Below are positions 9,637 to 18,747 of a stretch of DNA of 64,000 nt, piece after piece. The notes below the pieces were generated by a model. That model was not told the origin of the DNA. It did not search any database and was given only the letters and a program-made list of their open reading frames with translations. A program made the translations under genes and the position numbers. Positions within the stretch are counted from its first letter, which is position 1; every line of letters starts with the position of its first letter. The DNA comes from a bacterium (GTDB lineage Bacteria > Bacillota_I > Bacilli_A > RFN20 > CAG-288): contig CAVDUB010000001.1 of the NCBI GenBank assembly GCA_963612025.1, positions 75,577-139,576 of the forward strand, read 5' to 3'.

Positions 9637-10575
9637 ATGGAAGTCATTCAAGTCATCAAGGAAAGAAATCCAAAAATTGAAGTCTATCGGCCTCTCAGAA
9701 AGACCGTGCTTTTATGTACCAATGGATTCCAAACCACTGATACCCATGATTCCCTCCCGATGCAGGAATATTTCAACAATTCCTTCAGAAAAGATTTCCC
9801 GGAATGTGAAATCGTCCTGGTGAAACTCTTCGAGCCATCAAAGACAAGGACGCATCGTCATCTTTCCTTCGAACATGAACTCGAGAAGAAAATCCAGGAA
9901 TATATCCAAAAAGGATACAACATCTATCTCATGGGCTATTCCTTCTCGGCTGCTCTAGTCTGCAAGATGGCCAAGAAATATCAGAAAGACGTTCTCCGTG
10001 TGATCCTTGTGGCCCCTGTCTATGATACGATTCTCAACCACATGATTTCTGGATATATCAAATATGCCTGGAAATTCCACAAGCTGAACAAGAAGTACGG
10101 AAAGAAAGTCTCCAAGGCCATCGGAAGACAGACTGTCAAAGGACTTCCCGGGCTCTTATTGGCGATTCTGTTTTCGATTCTTCAGAACCGTAAATATTTC
10201 AAGAAAGTCGAACAGCCCACGCTTCTCATCCGTGGAAAAGAAGATATTCTCTGCACCGAGCATTCCATAAAGAAAGTCACAAAGAAGATCAAGGGAGAGA
10301 AGGAAACCTATCTTTATCCAAAGATGTCCCATGGCATTCTCAAGAGTGTCCGCCTGAACGGCATCGTCTATGAGGACATATTCCATTTCAGCTTCGATAC
10401 ACCTTTCTATCTTGAGAATTCCGTCCAGTTCGTTCAACCTGTGAAAAAAGAAGAAAAGGAAGAAAAAGTCAAGTTGGATGAAGATGGCTATGTCATTCCG
10501 ACATTCGGCGAAATTTTTTCTCAAATCGATCCAGACGGAGACGATTTTTCTACCCAGCAGGAAAACGAATTCTAA
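9637..10575 (+). CDS. Alpha/beta hydrolase (esterase/lipase-like) with an acidic C-terminal tail
   Basis: The start was moved to the ATG at 9637, behind an AAGGAG RBS at 9621. The nucleophile elbow is MGYSFS, with a later GKEDIL and MSHG. Confidence 0.75.
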   Translation: MEVIQVIKERNPKIEVYRPLRKTVLLCTNGFQTTDTHDSLPMQEYFNNSFRKDFPECEIVLVKLFEPSKTRTHRHLSFEHELEKKIQEYIQKGYNIYLMGYSFSAALVCKMAKKYQKDVLRVILVAPVYDTILNHMISGYIKYAWKFHKLNKKYGKKVSKAIGRQTVKGLPGLLLAILFSILQNRKYFKKVEQPTLLIRGKEDILCTEHSIKKVTKKIKGEKETYLYPKMSHGILKSVRLNGIVYEDIFHFSFDTPFYLENSVQFVQPVKKEEKEEKVKLDEDGYVIPTFGEIFSQIDPDGDDFSTQQENEF

Positions 10576-10596
10576 GTTTCAGAATCTATTGTTATC

Positions 10597-10636
10597 AAGA
10601 CTGCCAATGTCTTTTACTCTCGGCAGTCTTTTTTAT
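10597..10636 (+). terminator. Rho-independent terminator
   Basis: The stem AAGACTGCC/GGCAGTCTT is followed by TTTTTT. Confidence 0.6.
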
Positions 10637-10856
10637 AAAAAATGGAATTTACTATCCTCTCATAAAAAATATTCAGCACATCTAATCTGCATCATTAAGA
10701 CCAGTGAGAATATCATTTAGATCTCCATGGTATAATTACTTTTTATCCATTCATGTCTTTTCTCCAATTCTTCAAAAGAACTCTTTTTCATCGACAGAAC
10801 TTCTTTGGAATGTTCTCTTTTCAGCATGCAGAATGCCCATAGTCCCTTCTTGTTCG

Positions 10857-10890
10857 TTGCTCTACAAGAGGAGTTAGTATATAATACTAA
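10857..10890 (+). promoter_or_regulatory. Candidate ileS promoter with an overlapping palindrome
   Basis: The pattern is TTGCTC-17 nt-TATAAT (10880-10885). The 7-3-7 palindrome TTAGTATataATACTAA (10874-10890) covers the -10. An alternative extended -10 (TGgTATAAT) lies near 10727-10735. Confidence 0.4.
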
Positions 10891-10924
10891 AGTTTTAACG
10901 ATTCTTTTTTTTGGAGGCTTTTAT

Positions 10925-13666
10925 ATGGAATTAAAGAAAACACTGATTATGCCGAAAGGAAAATTCCCGATGCGTGCCAATCTTCCTTCCTGGGAAGGTG
11001 ATATGGCAAAGGGATGGGATAACACAAATCTTTATGAGCAGCTTCTTCAAGCTCATATGACCAAGGATCCTTTCTATCTTCATGATGGCCCTCCATATGC
11101 GAATAATGAGATTCATGCCGGTCATGCCCTGAACAAGATCATCAAGGACATCATTTTGCGTTCAAAGAATCTGGAAGGATATTATGTTCCATATACCCCA
11201 GGATGGGATACCCATGGCCTCCCAATCGAGAATTGTGTGACCAAAATGGGCGTCGACAGAAGAACGACTGCTCCTGCTGATTTCAGAAAGAAATGCCGCG
11301 AATACGCTTTGACCCAGGTTGACAAGCAAAGAGGTCAAATGCTTCGCTTAGGTGTGATTGGCGACTATCATCATCCCTATCTCACCTTAGACCGCGACTA
11401 TGAAGTCAATCAGGTCAAGATTTTTGCCAAGATGGCTATGGATGGACTCATCTACAAGGGATTGAAGCCGGTCATCTGGTCCTGGTCAAGCGAGTCCGCC
11501 TTAGCGGAAGCCGAAGTCGAATACAAGGATGTCAGTGCCACCACCATCTATTTCCGCTTCCCTGTCGAAGAAGGAAATGAATTCGTTTCCAAAGGCGACC
11601 ATTTCCTTGTCTGGACAACCACCGGTTGGACCATCCCTTCCAACCAGGGACTCTGTCTGAATCCTTCCATGGAATATGGTCTCTTCCACACGGAAAAAGG
11701 CAACTATGTCATGCTCAAGAGCTTGGCGGAGAAAATGAAGGAAGAGATTCCTTTCGAATCGATGGAACTTCTCAAGTCCTTCACCGGAAGAGATGTCGAA
11801 GGTGTCAAAGTTCATCATCCTTATCAGGAAAGACTTGTTCCTGTCTGTGTGGATGATTATGTCACTTCCGATTCCGGTACCGGCATCGTCCATCTTGGTC
11901 CTGGACATGGTGCCGACGACTATCGCGTCGGCAAGAAATATGGTCTTCCGATCATCTGCACGGTCGATTCCAAAGGTCATATGATCGATGCTGGAGAAGA
12001 AGTCAATGGACTCTTCTATGAAGATTGTTCCACCAAGGTTATCGAAATCCTCAAAGGGAACGGCAACCTCTTATCCACAAAGGAACTTGTCCATGCCTAT
12101 CCGCATGACTGGAGAACAAAGAAGCCGGTTATCTTCCGTGCCACGGCGCAGTGGTTCTGCTCTGTCGGAAAAATCAAAGATAAGCTTCTCGAAGAAGCCG
12201 AGAAAGTCAAATATAAGCCATCCTGGGGCAAAGTCCGTTTTGAAAACATGCTCACAGGAAGAGAAGATTGGTGCATTTCCAGACAAAGACTCTGGGGTGT
12301 TCCGATTCCGATTTTCTATGGTGAGGATGGCGAAGCGCTTCTCGATGAAAAACTCTTCGAGCATATCGAAAATCTCTTCTCGGAATATGGCTCCGATATT
12401 TGGTATGAGAAGGAAGCAAAAGACCTTCTTCCGGAAGGCTATACAAATCCGCACTCCCCCAACGGCATCTTCTCAAAGGAAAAGGACATCATGGATGTCT
12501 GGTTTGATTCCGGATCCTCCTTCCTCGGTTCAGATATCGCCTTAGGTCACCCGTTCCCAGCCGATGTCTATTTCGAAGGCAACGACCAATATCGCGGATG
12601 GTACAATTCCTCGATGATTCTTTCGGTCGCCTATACAGGAAAATCCCCTTATAAACAGATTCTGACCCACGGCTTTATCGTCGATCAGAACGGCGAAAAA
12701 TTCTCCAAATCGAAGAAAAACGGCATCGACCCAGTCACCATCTGCAATCAATTCGGTGCCGATATTCTCCGCTTGTGGACGACGAGCATCGACTATACGA
12801 CAGCGGAAATCAAATTGACGCAGGATCTTCTCAAGGTCTGCTCAGATCAGTATCGAAAAATCCGCAACACCTTCAAATTCATGATTACGAATTTGGATGA
12901 TGACGACAATGGAAATCATTTCGATATCAGCTATAAGCCAACCGATCTTTCCTTGATTGACCAAATGATGATCAACAAGCTGAAAGTCGTCCTTGCAGAT
13001 ATGAAAAAAGGATATGATACCTACGACTTCGCTTTAGTGAGCAACACCATCATGAATTTCTTTGTCAACGACCTTTCGAGCTTCTATCTCGACTTCAAGA
13101 AGGATACCCTCTATTGCGATGGCAAAGATTCCGCAAGCCGAAGAAACACCCAATACGTCTTATACACCATCATCAAATCCTTGGCAATTGCCTATTCGCC
13201 GATTCTCGCCTTCACCTGTGAGGAAATCTATCGTGCCATCCCGATTGCAGAAAGAAAGAATTCTGTTGCTTTGGAGGCCTATCCAAATCTCGGTGAAATC
13301 GATGAGAATCTCACAAAGGAATATGAACAGTTCCTCATATTGAGAGATCATGTCAACGCCATGATGGAACCCTATAGAAAAGAAGGTGTCATCGGTTCCT
13401 CACAAGAAGCAAGCGTGACCTATCTTCCAAAATCCAAGGAAGAAAATGAAGTCATCAAGAAATTTACATCGGATGAATTAGCTAAGATTCTTCAGGTTTC
13501 CCATTTCTCCTTAGGTGAAAAAGACATCGTCATCAAACATGAAGGAGAAAAATGCGAACGCTGCTGGAACTACTTTGACGAATGTCTTCTCGATGATGAA
13601 AAGCATCATATCTGCAAACGCTGCCAGGATGTCATCTCCTCTCTGAAGGAAGAAAACAAAGACTGA
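10925..13666 (+). CDS. ileS: Isoleucyl-tRNA synthetase
   Basis: The start was moved to the ATG at 10925 behind a GGAGG RBS. The HIGH motif is HAGHALN, the KMSKS motif is KFSKSKKN, and a C-terminal CxxC...CxxC zinc motif is present. Confidence 0.97.
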   Translation: MELKKTLIMPKGKFPMRANLPSWEGDMAKGWDNTNLYEQLLQAHMTKDPFYLHDGPPYANNEIHAGHALNKIIKDIILRSKNLEGYYVPYTPGWDTHGLPIENCVTKMGVDRRTTAPADFRKKCREYALTQVDKQRGQMLRLGVIGDYHHPYLTLDRDYEVNQVKIFAKMAMDGLIYKGLKPVIWSWSSESALAEAEVEYKDVSATTIYFRFPVEEGNEFVSKGDHFLVWTTTGWTIPSNQGLCLNPSMEYGLFHTEKGNYVMLKSLAEKMKEEIPFESMELLKSFTGRDVEGVKVHHPYQERLVPVCVDDYVTSDSGTGIVHLGPGHGADDYRVGKKYGLPIICTVDSKGHMIDAGEEVNGLFYEDCSTKVIEILKGNGNLLSTKELVHAYPHDWRTKKPVIFRATAQWFCSVGKIKDKLLEEAEKVKYKPSWGKVRFENMLTGREDWCISRQRLWGVPIPIFYGEDGEALLDEKLFEHIENLFSEYGSDIWYEKEAKDLLPEGYTNPHSPNGIFSKEKDIMDVWFDSGSSFLGSDIALGHPFPADVYFEGNDQYRGWYNSSMILSVAYTGKSPYKQILTHGFIVDQNGEKFSKSKKNGIDPVTICNQFGADILRLWTTSIDYTTAEIKLTQDLLKVCSDQYRKIRNTFKFMITNLDDDDNGNHFDISYKPTDLSLIDQMMINKLKVVLADMKKGYDTYDFALVSNTIMNFFVNDLSSFYLDFKKDTLYCDGKDSASRRNTQYVLYTIIKSLAIAYSPILAFTCEEIYRAIPIAERKNSVALEAYPNLGEIDENLTKEYEQFLILRDHVNAMMEPYRKEGVIGSSQEASVTYLPKSKEENEVIKKFTSDELAKILQVSHFSLGEKDIVIKHEGEKCERCWNYFDECLLDDEKHHICKRCQDVISSLKEENKD

Positions 13667-13669
13667 TCT

Positions 13670-14419
13670 ATGGAAAATAACAATAAGGCAAAGAAGTTCA
13701 TCAAGGAACTTCCAACTCGGCTGAAGGATTATTTCCATGATTACTTCAAGAATCTGAACTACCCATTATGGATACTGATGATTCTGATTTCAATCGGACT
13801 TTTCCTTCTTGATTATTTCACCAAACGTGCAGCCTATAACGACCCTCGTCTCCAGGCAGGAGAAATCATTACCCTCATTCCCGGACTCATTGATCTAAAC
13901 CTTGTCGGCAATGCCGGCGCGGCCTTTGGCAGCATGTCTGGTTGGTCTTGGTTTTTGATTCCTGTCAGCATGATTGCTTCAATCATGTTGACGATCAATC
14001 TCGTCCTACGCTTTCGAAAATACAATTGGGGCATGACAATCGGCATCACCTTGATGCTGCCTGGTGCCGTCGGAAATCTCATTGATCGCATCGGTTTCGC
14101 CTGCAAGGCAGTCCCCTATGACAAAGGGGTCATCGATTTTCTCCAATTTTCTTTCTGGAAATCCTTTGCCATCTGCAACATCGCCGACTATTGTCTGACA
14201 GTGGGAATCATCGTCCTGCTCGTTGGGTTCTTCTTCGAATTCAAGAAAGAATACAAACAGATGAAAGAAGAGGAAGAAAAAGAGAAACAGGAAAAGGATT
14301 CACCCGAAGCCATTCAAGAAAAAGAAGACATGACCAGCAAGCTTTCCGAATTGGAAAAGAAGGAAAACGAATCACTCAAGGAGGACATAGACAATGGAAA
14401 CAAAAACATTCAAGAGTGA
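13670..14419 (+). CDS. lspA: Lipoprotein signal peptidase II with a long K/E-rich C-terminal tail
   Basis: Motifs are GNLIDR, VIDFLQF and FAICNIADY, with four hydrophobic helices. Confidence 0.9.
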   Translation: MENNNKAKKFIKELPTRLKDYFHDYFKNLNYPLWILMILISIGLFLLDYFTKRAAYNDPRLQAGEIITLIPGLIDLNLVGNAGAAFGSMSGWSWFLIPVSMIASIMLTINLVLRFRKYNWGMTIGITLMLPGAVGNLIDRIGFACKAVPYDKGVIDFLQFSFWKSFAICNIADYCLTVGIIVLLVGFFFEFKKEYKQMKEEEEKEKQEKDSPEAIQEKEDMTSKLSELEKKENESLKEDIDNGNKNIQE

Positions 14420-15311
14420 TATGCAGGGACGACTCGATGTGGTTCTCTCCTCATTGAGCGGTCTCTCCCGTTCCCAGGTGAGCAAACTCATCAAATCAGA
14501 AAAGGTTTTCGTCGATGGAAAGATGATTTCATCCGCCTCCTATAAGGTTGCACCTGAACAGGAACTTGCCTATACCCTCGAAGAGAAGAAGCCAGCGGTC
14601 GCAAAAGCCAAAGAAAAGGTCGATCTTGATTTTGTCTATCAGGATGAAGACATCTCCATTCTCAACAAGCCTCGCGGCATGGTCGTCCACCCAGCACCCG
14701 GACATAATGATGACACCTTGGTCAACTATCTCATGCAGGACGACAAGTTCGAATTCGATCCCAACGATGAGGAAAACAATCGTCCAGGCATCGTACACAG
14801 AATCGATAAGGATACCTCTGGGCTCCTTGCCATCGCCAACAACATCGATTCCCAGAATGTCCTTCAGAATGAAATCCGTGAAGGAGAATTCCATCGCACC
14901 TATCTTGCGTTGGTCTATGGAAATGTGGAGCACAAGAAATTTCGCATCGATGCTCCGCTGACAAGACCGAATCACACGCACAGAAAAGCCGAAGTCGATA
15001 TCTACAAGGGAAGAGATGCCATCACCCATTGTCAGCTCTTAGCCAACAATGGAAAGGTCTCCCTTCTCAAAGTGACGCTCGAGACGGGAAGAACGCATCA
15101 GATCCGCGCTCATCTTGCCTATATCGGTTATCCGATTGTCGGCGATCCGCTCTATGGAAAAAGAAGAGAGGATGTCGCAAACAAAGGTCAGGCTCTCCAT
15201 GCCTATTCATTGTCTCTGATTCATCCGGGAACCTTGAAGAGAATGACATTCTACGCACCCATTGACGAATATTTCAAAAGCCTTTTGAGATATTTCTATA
15301 AGGCGAATTGA
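14394..15311 (+). CDS. rluD: RluA-family 23S rRNA pseudouridine synthase (RluD-like, with N-terminal S4 domain)
   Basis: Motifs are HRIDKDTSGLL and GRTHQIRAHLAYIG. Confidence 0.9.
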   Translation: METKTFKSDMQGRLDVVLSSLSGLSRSQVSKLIKSEKVFVDGKMISSASYKVAPEQELAYTLEEKKPAVAKAKEKVDLDFVYQDEDISILNKPRGMVVHPAPGHNDDTLVNYLMQDDKFEFDPNDEENNRPGIVHRIDKDTSGLLAIANNIDSQNVLQNEIREGEFHRTYLALVYGNVEHKKFRIDAPLTRPNHTHRKAEVDIYKGRDAITHCQLLANNGKVSLLKVTLETGRTHQIRAHLAYIGYPIVGDPLYGKRREDVANKGQALHAYSLSLIHPGTLKRMTFYAPIDEYFKSLLRYFYKAN

Positions 15312-15319
15312 CAACATTC

Positions 15320-18289
15320 TCAAAGCTGGCATTTTGCCAGCTTTTTGTTTTTCCAGAGAAAACATGCAAAAAAGAACAAAGAAAGAAGAACAAAGAAGAC
15401 AATCATCGAAACAAAAAGAATGAACCAATAGGGTGTAATTCTGACAATTTTTGATGTCTTGGCAATTCCATTCATTGCACAGGAATTGACAATCTGATAT
15501 TCCCAGTTCTTTGCTGATTCAAGGAGGAGATTCAAAAGAGTCAAATCTTTTTCTTCCTTGATGTATTTTACGATTCTTTTTCCGGCAATGGCATTGCCAT
15601 CCAGGCAGAACTGATTCGTTCCACTCGACAGGATTTCCCTGACATGTCCTTTATATCCGCTTGTCGCGCCATAAGTGGCATCTGTTACGATATTGCCGAT
15701 AAATCCCCATTCTTCTCTCAAGAGAGATGTATTGAGGGCATACGAGGAAGAAGCAAAAGTCAGACCGATTCTCTCAAAACTCTGCATCATCCCATGACAT
15801 TTCCCTTCCTTGACAGCCCCTTCGAATGCACGCAAATCATTTTCCCGGAAAGCCTGTTCGTTGAAGAAGACGCTCACTCCTTCTCTTCCCGTCTCCTGGT
15901 CATTGCCAGCAAAATGCTTTGGTGCCGCATGGACGCCAAGTTTCTCCATAGCTTGAATTTCTTTTATACTGGCCAGATAGGTCATGTGACTATCTTCTGA
16001 CATATATTCGAAATTTCGTCCTCCGAATGGTGTGCGGTGAAGGTTGGGTCCAATACAGTAATTCTCAAAAGATTTCGTAAACAAAGATTCGTTTCCCATG
16101 AGATTTCCTCTTTTTTCATACAAGACTTCATTCCATGTCGATGTCAGAATGTTCTTGCATGGAAACGTCATCGTTTCCATCTTTGAGCCATCTTGATAAA
16201 AATAGATCCGGCCGAGTGAATCCATGCCATCCCCTGTGTTGACCTCTGGCTGTGAAAGGGAGGCAATGCTTGGGCATGTGAAAGATTCTGCTGTTGTCAA
16301 AGCGAGGTCATCGATGCTGGCCTGTTTGATAAACTGATTCCATAAGGGATCATCAAGAGGAATTCCCTTCATGGCAATCAAGGGAATATTTTCATTCTGT
16401 GAAACAGGCAGTTCGTCAAAAGAAGATTCCGAAAGATAGAATTCACCGCGAAGATGATCAATCATTTCATCATTGACGGAAATAGATGCTTGAGAAACGG
16501 GATAGGTATTCTGATAATCCTTTCTTGAGAGATACGGAAATTCCTTTTTGTCCTTGTAATGATGGATGTCGCAATCAGAGAAAAGGTTCGTCACCTTTTT
16601 TCCGTTACTTGTGGAAAATGTTTCTTTATCAAAATCCCATGAAAAAGAAATAACATTTCTTTTTTCACATGAATAAGGCTGTCCCTCTTCATCAAAAAGT
16701 CCGAGCTGATTCTGACTCGAAAGAATCTGATTGAGAGCATCATGACAATCTTTTCCGATGGAAAGAAAATAATCTCCCTGGGAAAGAATATAGGTCTTGG
16801 CATTATAAGCATCATAGCTTGTAAGGAAATAAGGATTGATCGAAATCGTAACGATTTCTTCCTCGTTTGGCAAAAGTTCTCTTGTCTTTTTAAACCCAAC
16901 AAGAACAATGGCGCTTTTCTCGATGTCATTTTCCTTTTCGTATTCCCCATAGGGAGTCGAGGCATAGACCTGAACGACATCCTTTCCTGAAACAGAGCCG
17001 ATATTTCGCACACGAACCTTCAGGGTGATTTCTTCTTTCGAAATATCCGAATCGATGATTTCCTGATCAAAAGTCGTATAGCTCAATCCATGTCCGAAAG
17101 GATAGGAAATCTCTTTTGCGTAGTTCCATTCCTGACCATCAAGAGATCCGACACTGCTCTTTGCAGAAAAGCGGTTGAGGATGCAATCCTCATACCTCGT
17201 TTCATAGTATTTGTATCCGATATAAATATTCTCCGCCTGAAAAGAAACAAGTTTTGCCTTTTCCTTGATGGTCAGATTCTTATCCATGGAAGAAATATTT
17301 TCGAAAAAAGGTGTCCTTGTTCCGGAATTGACAACCGCAGGCGAAGATAAGGAACTGACCGCATAGGTATCGACGAGTTTTCCGCTTGGATTTGCTTTTC
17401 CACAAAGAAGATCGGCAACGCCCTGAAAGCCTGTCAGGCCAGGCTGGCCGATTGCCAAGATGGCATCTGCATATTTTTTGATCTTCTCAATTTCCATCTG
17501 ATTCGAAGAATTCAAGAGCACAATCACCTTAGAGAATTTCTGTCTTGCAAAAGAAAGCAAAGATTCTTCATTCTGATGAAGTGCTAAAGAAGAAAGAACA
17601 CGGACTCCATCATCGTCCACATCATCCATCAATAAATCGACGCCTTCGGATCCGACACGGGATAAAGTGATGATACAGCAGTCCTTATATCCTTCGAAGG
17701 ATGACTCCAATTTCTGATAAAACGAAAGAGACTCCTCACTCAAGGAGGCTGAATAGCCTTGCATTGTGGAATTCGATGGTATCGGCAATGTTCTTCTTTT
17801 CGCACTTCCCTTTTTCAATGCCTGATAGGCTTCCTCGTTGATAAGAAAACCATCGGACTCCAGGGCTGTCTTTAAGTCGATGCGATAGGGTCTTTCTTCT
17901 GTCACATAGTTTCCAGCAGAACTCGCCTTATAGATAGGATCGACACTCGCATGGCCCAAGAGTGTAATCTTTTTTTCTTCTCTCAGAGGCAGAGCTTCGT
18001 TTTCATTATAGAGAAGAACAGCACCTTCCTTTTCCTCCTCGATTCCCTCTTGACGACAGATTCTTTCGAGTTCGTCAAAATTTTCATCCGAAAGTTGATG
18101 GTCGAGAATATCCGTTTCATAATAAAGATTCGAAGATACGTCTTCGTCATTGACCACTTTTGATGTACTGATATGAAGGAAATTATTGATGCTATCTTTA
18201 TTCTCATTGAAAATCAGGAATACGAAAAGAAGAAGAATGGAAACAGACAGAAATAAAGATGACAAAACAGCATATTTTTTATTTTTCAT
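15320..18289 (-). CDS. Glycoside hydrolase family 3, domain-permuted, with N-terminal signal-anchor and C-terminal TM anchor
   Basis: The alpha/beta-sandwich motifs come first (VLLYNENEALPL; YPFGHGLSYTTF), followed by an Fn3-like region. The (beta/alpha)8 motifs come last (PKHFAGNDQETGRE; REEWGFIGNIVTDA). The C-terminus is WFILFVSMIVFFVLLSLFFFACFLW-KNKKLAKCQL. Confidence 0.9.
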   Translation of the reverse strand: MKNKKYAVLSSLFLSVSILLLFVFLIFNENKDSINNFLHISTSKVVNDEDVSSNLYYETDILDHQLSDENFDELERICRQEGIEEEKEGAVLLYNENEALPLREEKKITLLGHASVDPIYKASSAGNYVTEERPYRIDLKTALESDGFLINEEAYQALKKGSAKRRTLPIPSNSTMQGYSASLSEESLSFYQKLESSFEGYKDCCIITLSRVGSEGVDLLMDDVDDDGVRVLSSLALHQNEESLLSFARQKFSKVIVLLNSSNQMEIEKIKKYADAILAIGQPGLTGFQGVADLLCGKANPSGKLVDTYAVSSLSSPAVVNSGTRTPFFENISSMDKNLTIKEKAKLVSFQAENIYIGYKYYETRYEDCILNRFSAKSSVGSLDGQEWNYAKEISYPFGHGLSYTTFDQEIIDSDISKEEITLKVRVRNIGSVSGKDVVQVYASTPYGEYEKENDIEKSAIVLVGFKKTRELLPNEEEIVTISINPYFLTSYDAYNAKTYILSQGDYFLSIGKDCHDALNQILSSQNQLGLFDEEGQPYSCEKRNVISFSWDFDKETFSTSNGKKVTNLFSDCDIHHYKDKKEFPYLSRKDYQNTYPVSQASISVNDEMIDHLRGEFYLSESSFDELPVSQNENIPLIAMKGIPLDDPLWNQFIKQASIDDLALTTAESFTCPSIASLSQPEVNTGDGMDSLGRIYFYQDGSKMETMTFPCKNILTSTWNEVLYEKRGNLMGNESLFTKSFENYCIGPNLHRTPFGGRNFEYMSEDSHMTYLASIKEIQAMEKLGVHAAPKHFAGNDQETGREGVSVFFNEQAFRENDLRAFEGAVKEGKCHGMMQSFERIGLTFASSSYALNTSLLREEWGFIGNIVTDATYGATSGYKGHVREILSSGTNQFCLDGNAIAGKRIVKYIKEEKDLTLLNLLLESAKNWEYQIVNSCAMNGIAKTSKIVRITPYWFILFVSMIVFFVLLSLFFFACFLWKNKKLAKCQL

Positions 18290-18686
18290 GGTGACAATTC
18301 ATAAAGAAAGAAATAAAGAAAAACAACAATGCCAAAAGAAGAAGGAGAAGGATTGTAAAATCAAAAGGAACAAGGGATGGGTTTCCAAACATCGTAATGC
18401 CTTGAAAGAAATCGACAAAGTCATACACCCTCGAATACAGCACTAGTCCAAGCGAAGCCGATAGAAGGATAGGACAACAAAGAGAAAGAAGAAAAGAATG
18501 CTTTTCTTTCAGAAAAAAAGAAAAAACACTACTAACGAGGAAAAGAAAGAGAAAAACAACACAAAGAATTCCTTTCCATTCCAACGGAAGAAAAAGGAAA
18601 AGAAAAAGAATCGATAAAAAGCAAAGAATCCAAGAAAGGAAAAGAAAAAGATGTTCAATCGGATGGGATTTTATTTTCTTATGCAT
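18279..18686 (-). CDS. Hypothetical F/L-rich polytopic membrane protein (doubtful; could be a pyrimidine-rich leader)
   Basis: The 135-aa ORF has a stop that overlaps the GH3 ATG at 18289 by 11 nt. It has no recognisable RBS or promoter, and it starts only about 7 nt after the upstream terminator. Confidence 0.35.
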   Translation of the reverse strand: MHKKIKSHPIEHLFLFLSWILCFLSILFLFLFLPLEWKGILCVVFLFLFLVSSVFSFFLKEKHSFLLSLCCPILLSASLGLVLYSRVYDFVDFFQGITMFGNPSLVPFDFTILLLLLLALLFFFISFFMNCHHEK

Positions 18687-18692
18687 TTTTCT

Positions 18693-18727
18693 TTAAGAAA
18701 GGGCTAAGGAAGTGCCTCCCTAGCCCT
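18693..18727 (-). terminator. Rho-independent terminator after GH3 gene 18748-21678
   Basis: The hairpin AGGGCTAgGGA/TCCtTAGCCCT has one mismatch and is followed by TTTCTT on the minus strand. Confidence 0.55.
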
Positions 18728-18747
18728 ATAGATGTCATTTCGATTGC

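Noticed and set aside
10576-10924. I expected an Ile T-box riboswitch upstream of ileS.
   Set aside because: I could not find the conserved T-box sequence, the specifier loop or a convincing antiterminator/terminator pair by eye. It still needs cmsearch to be certain.
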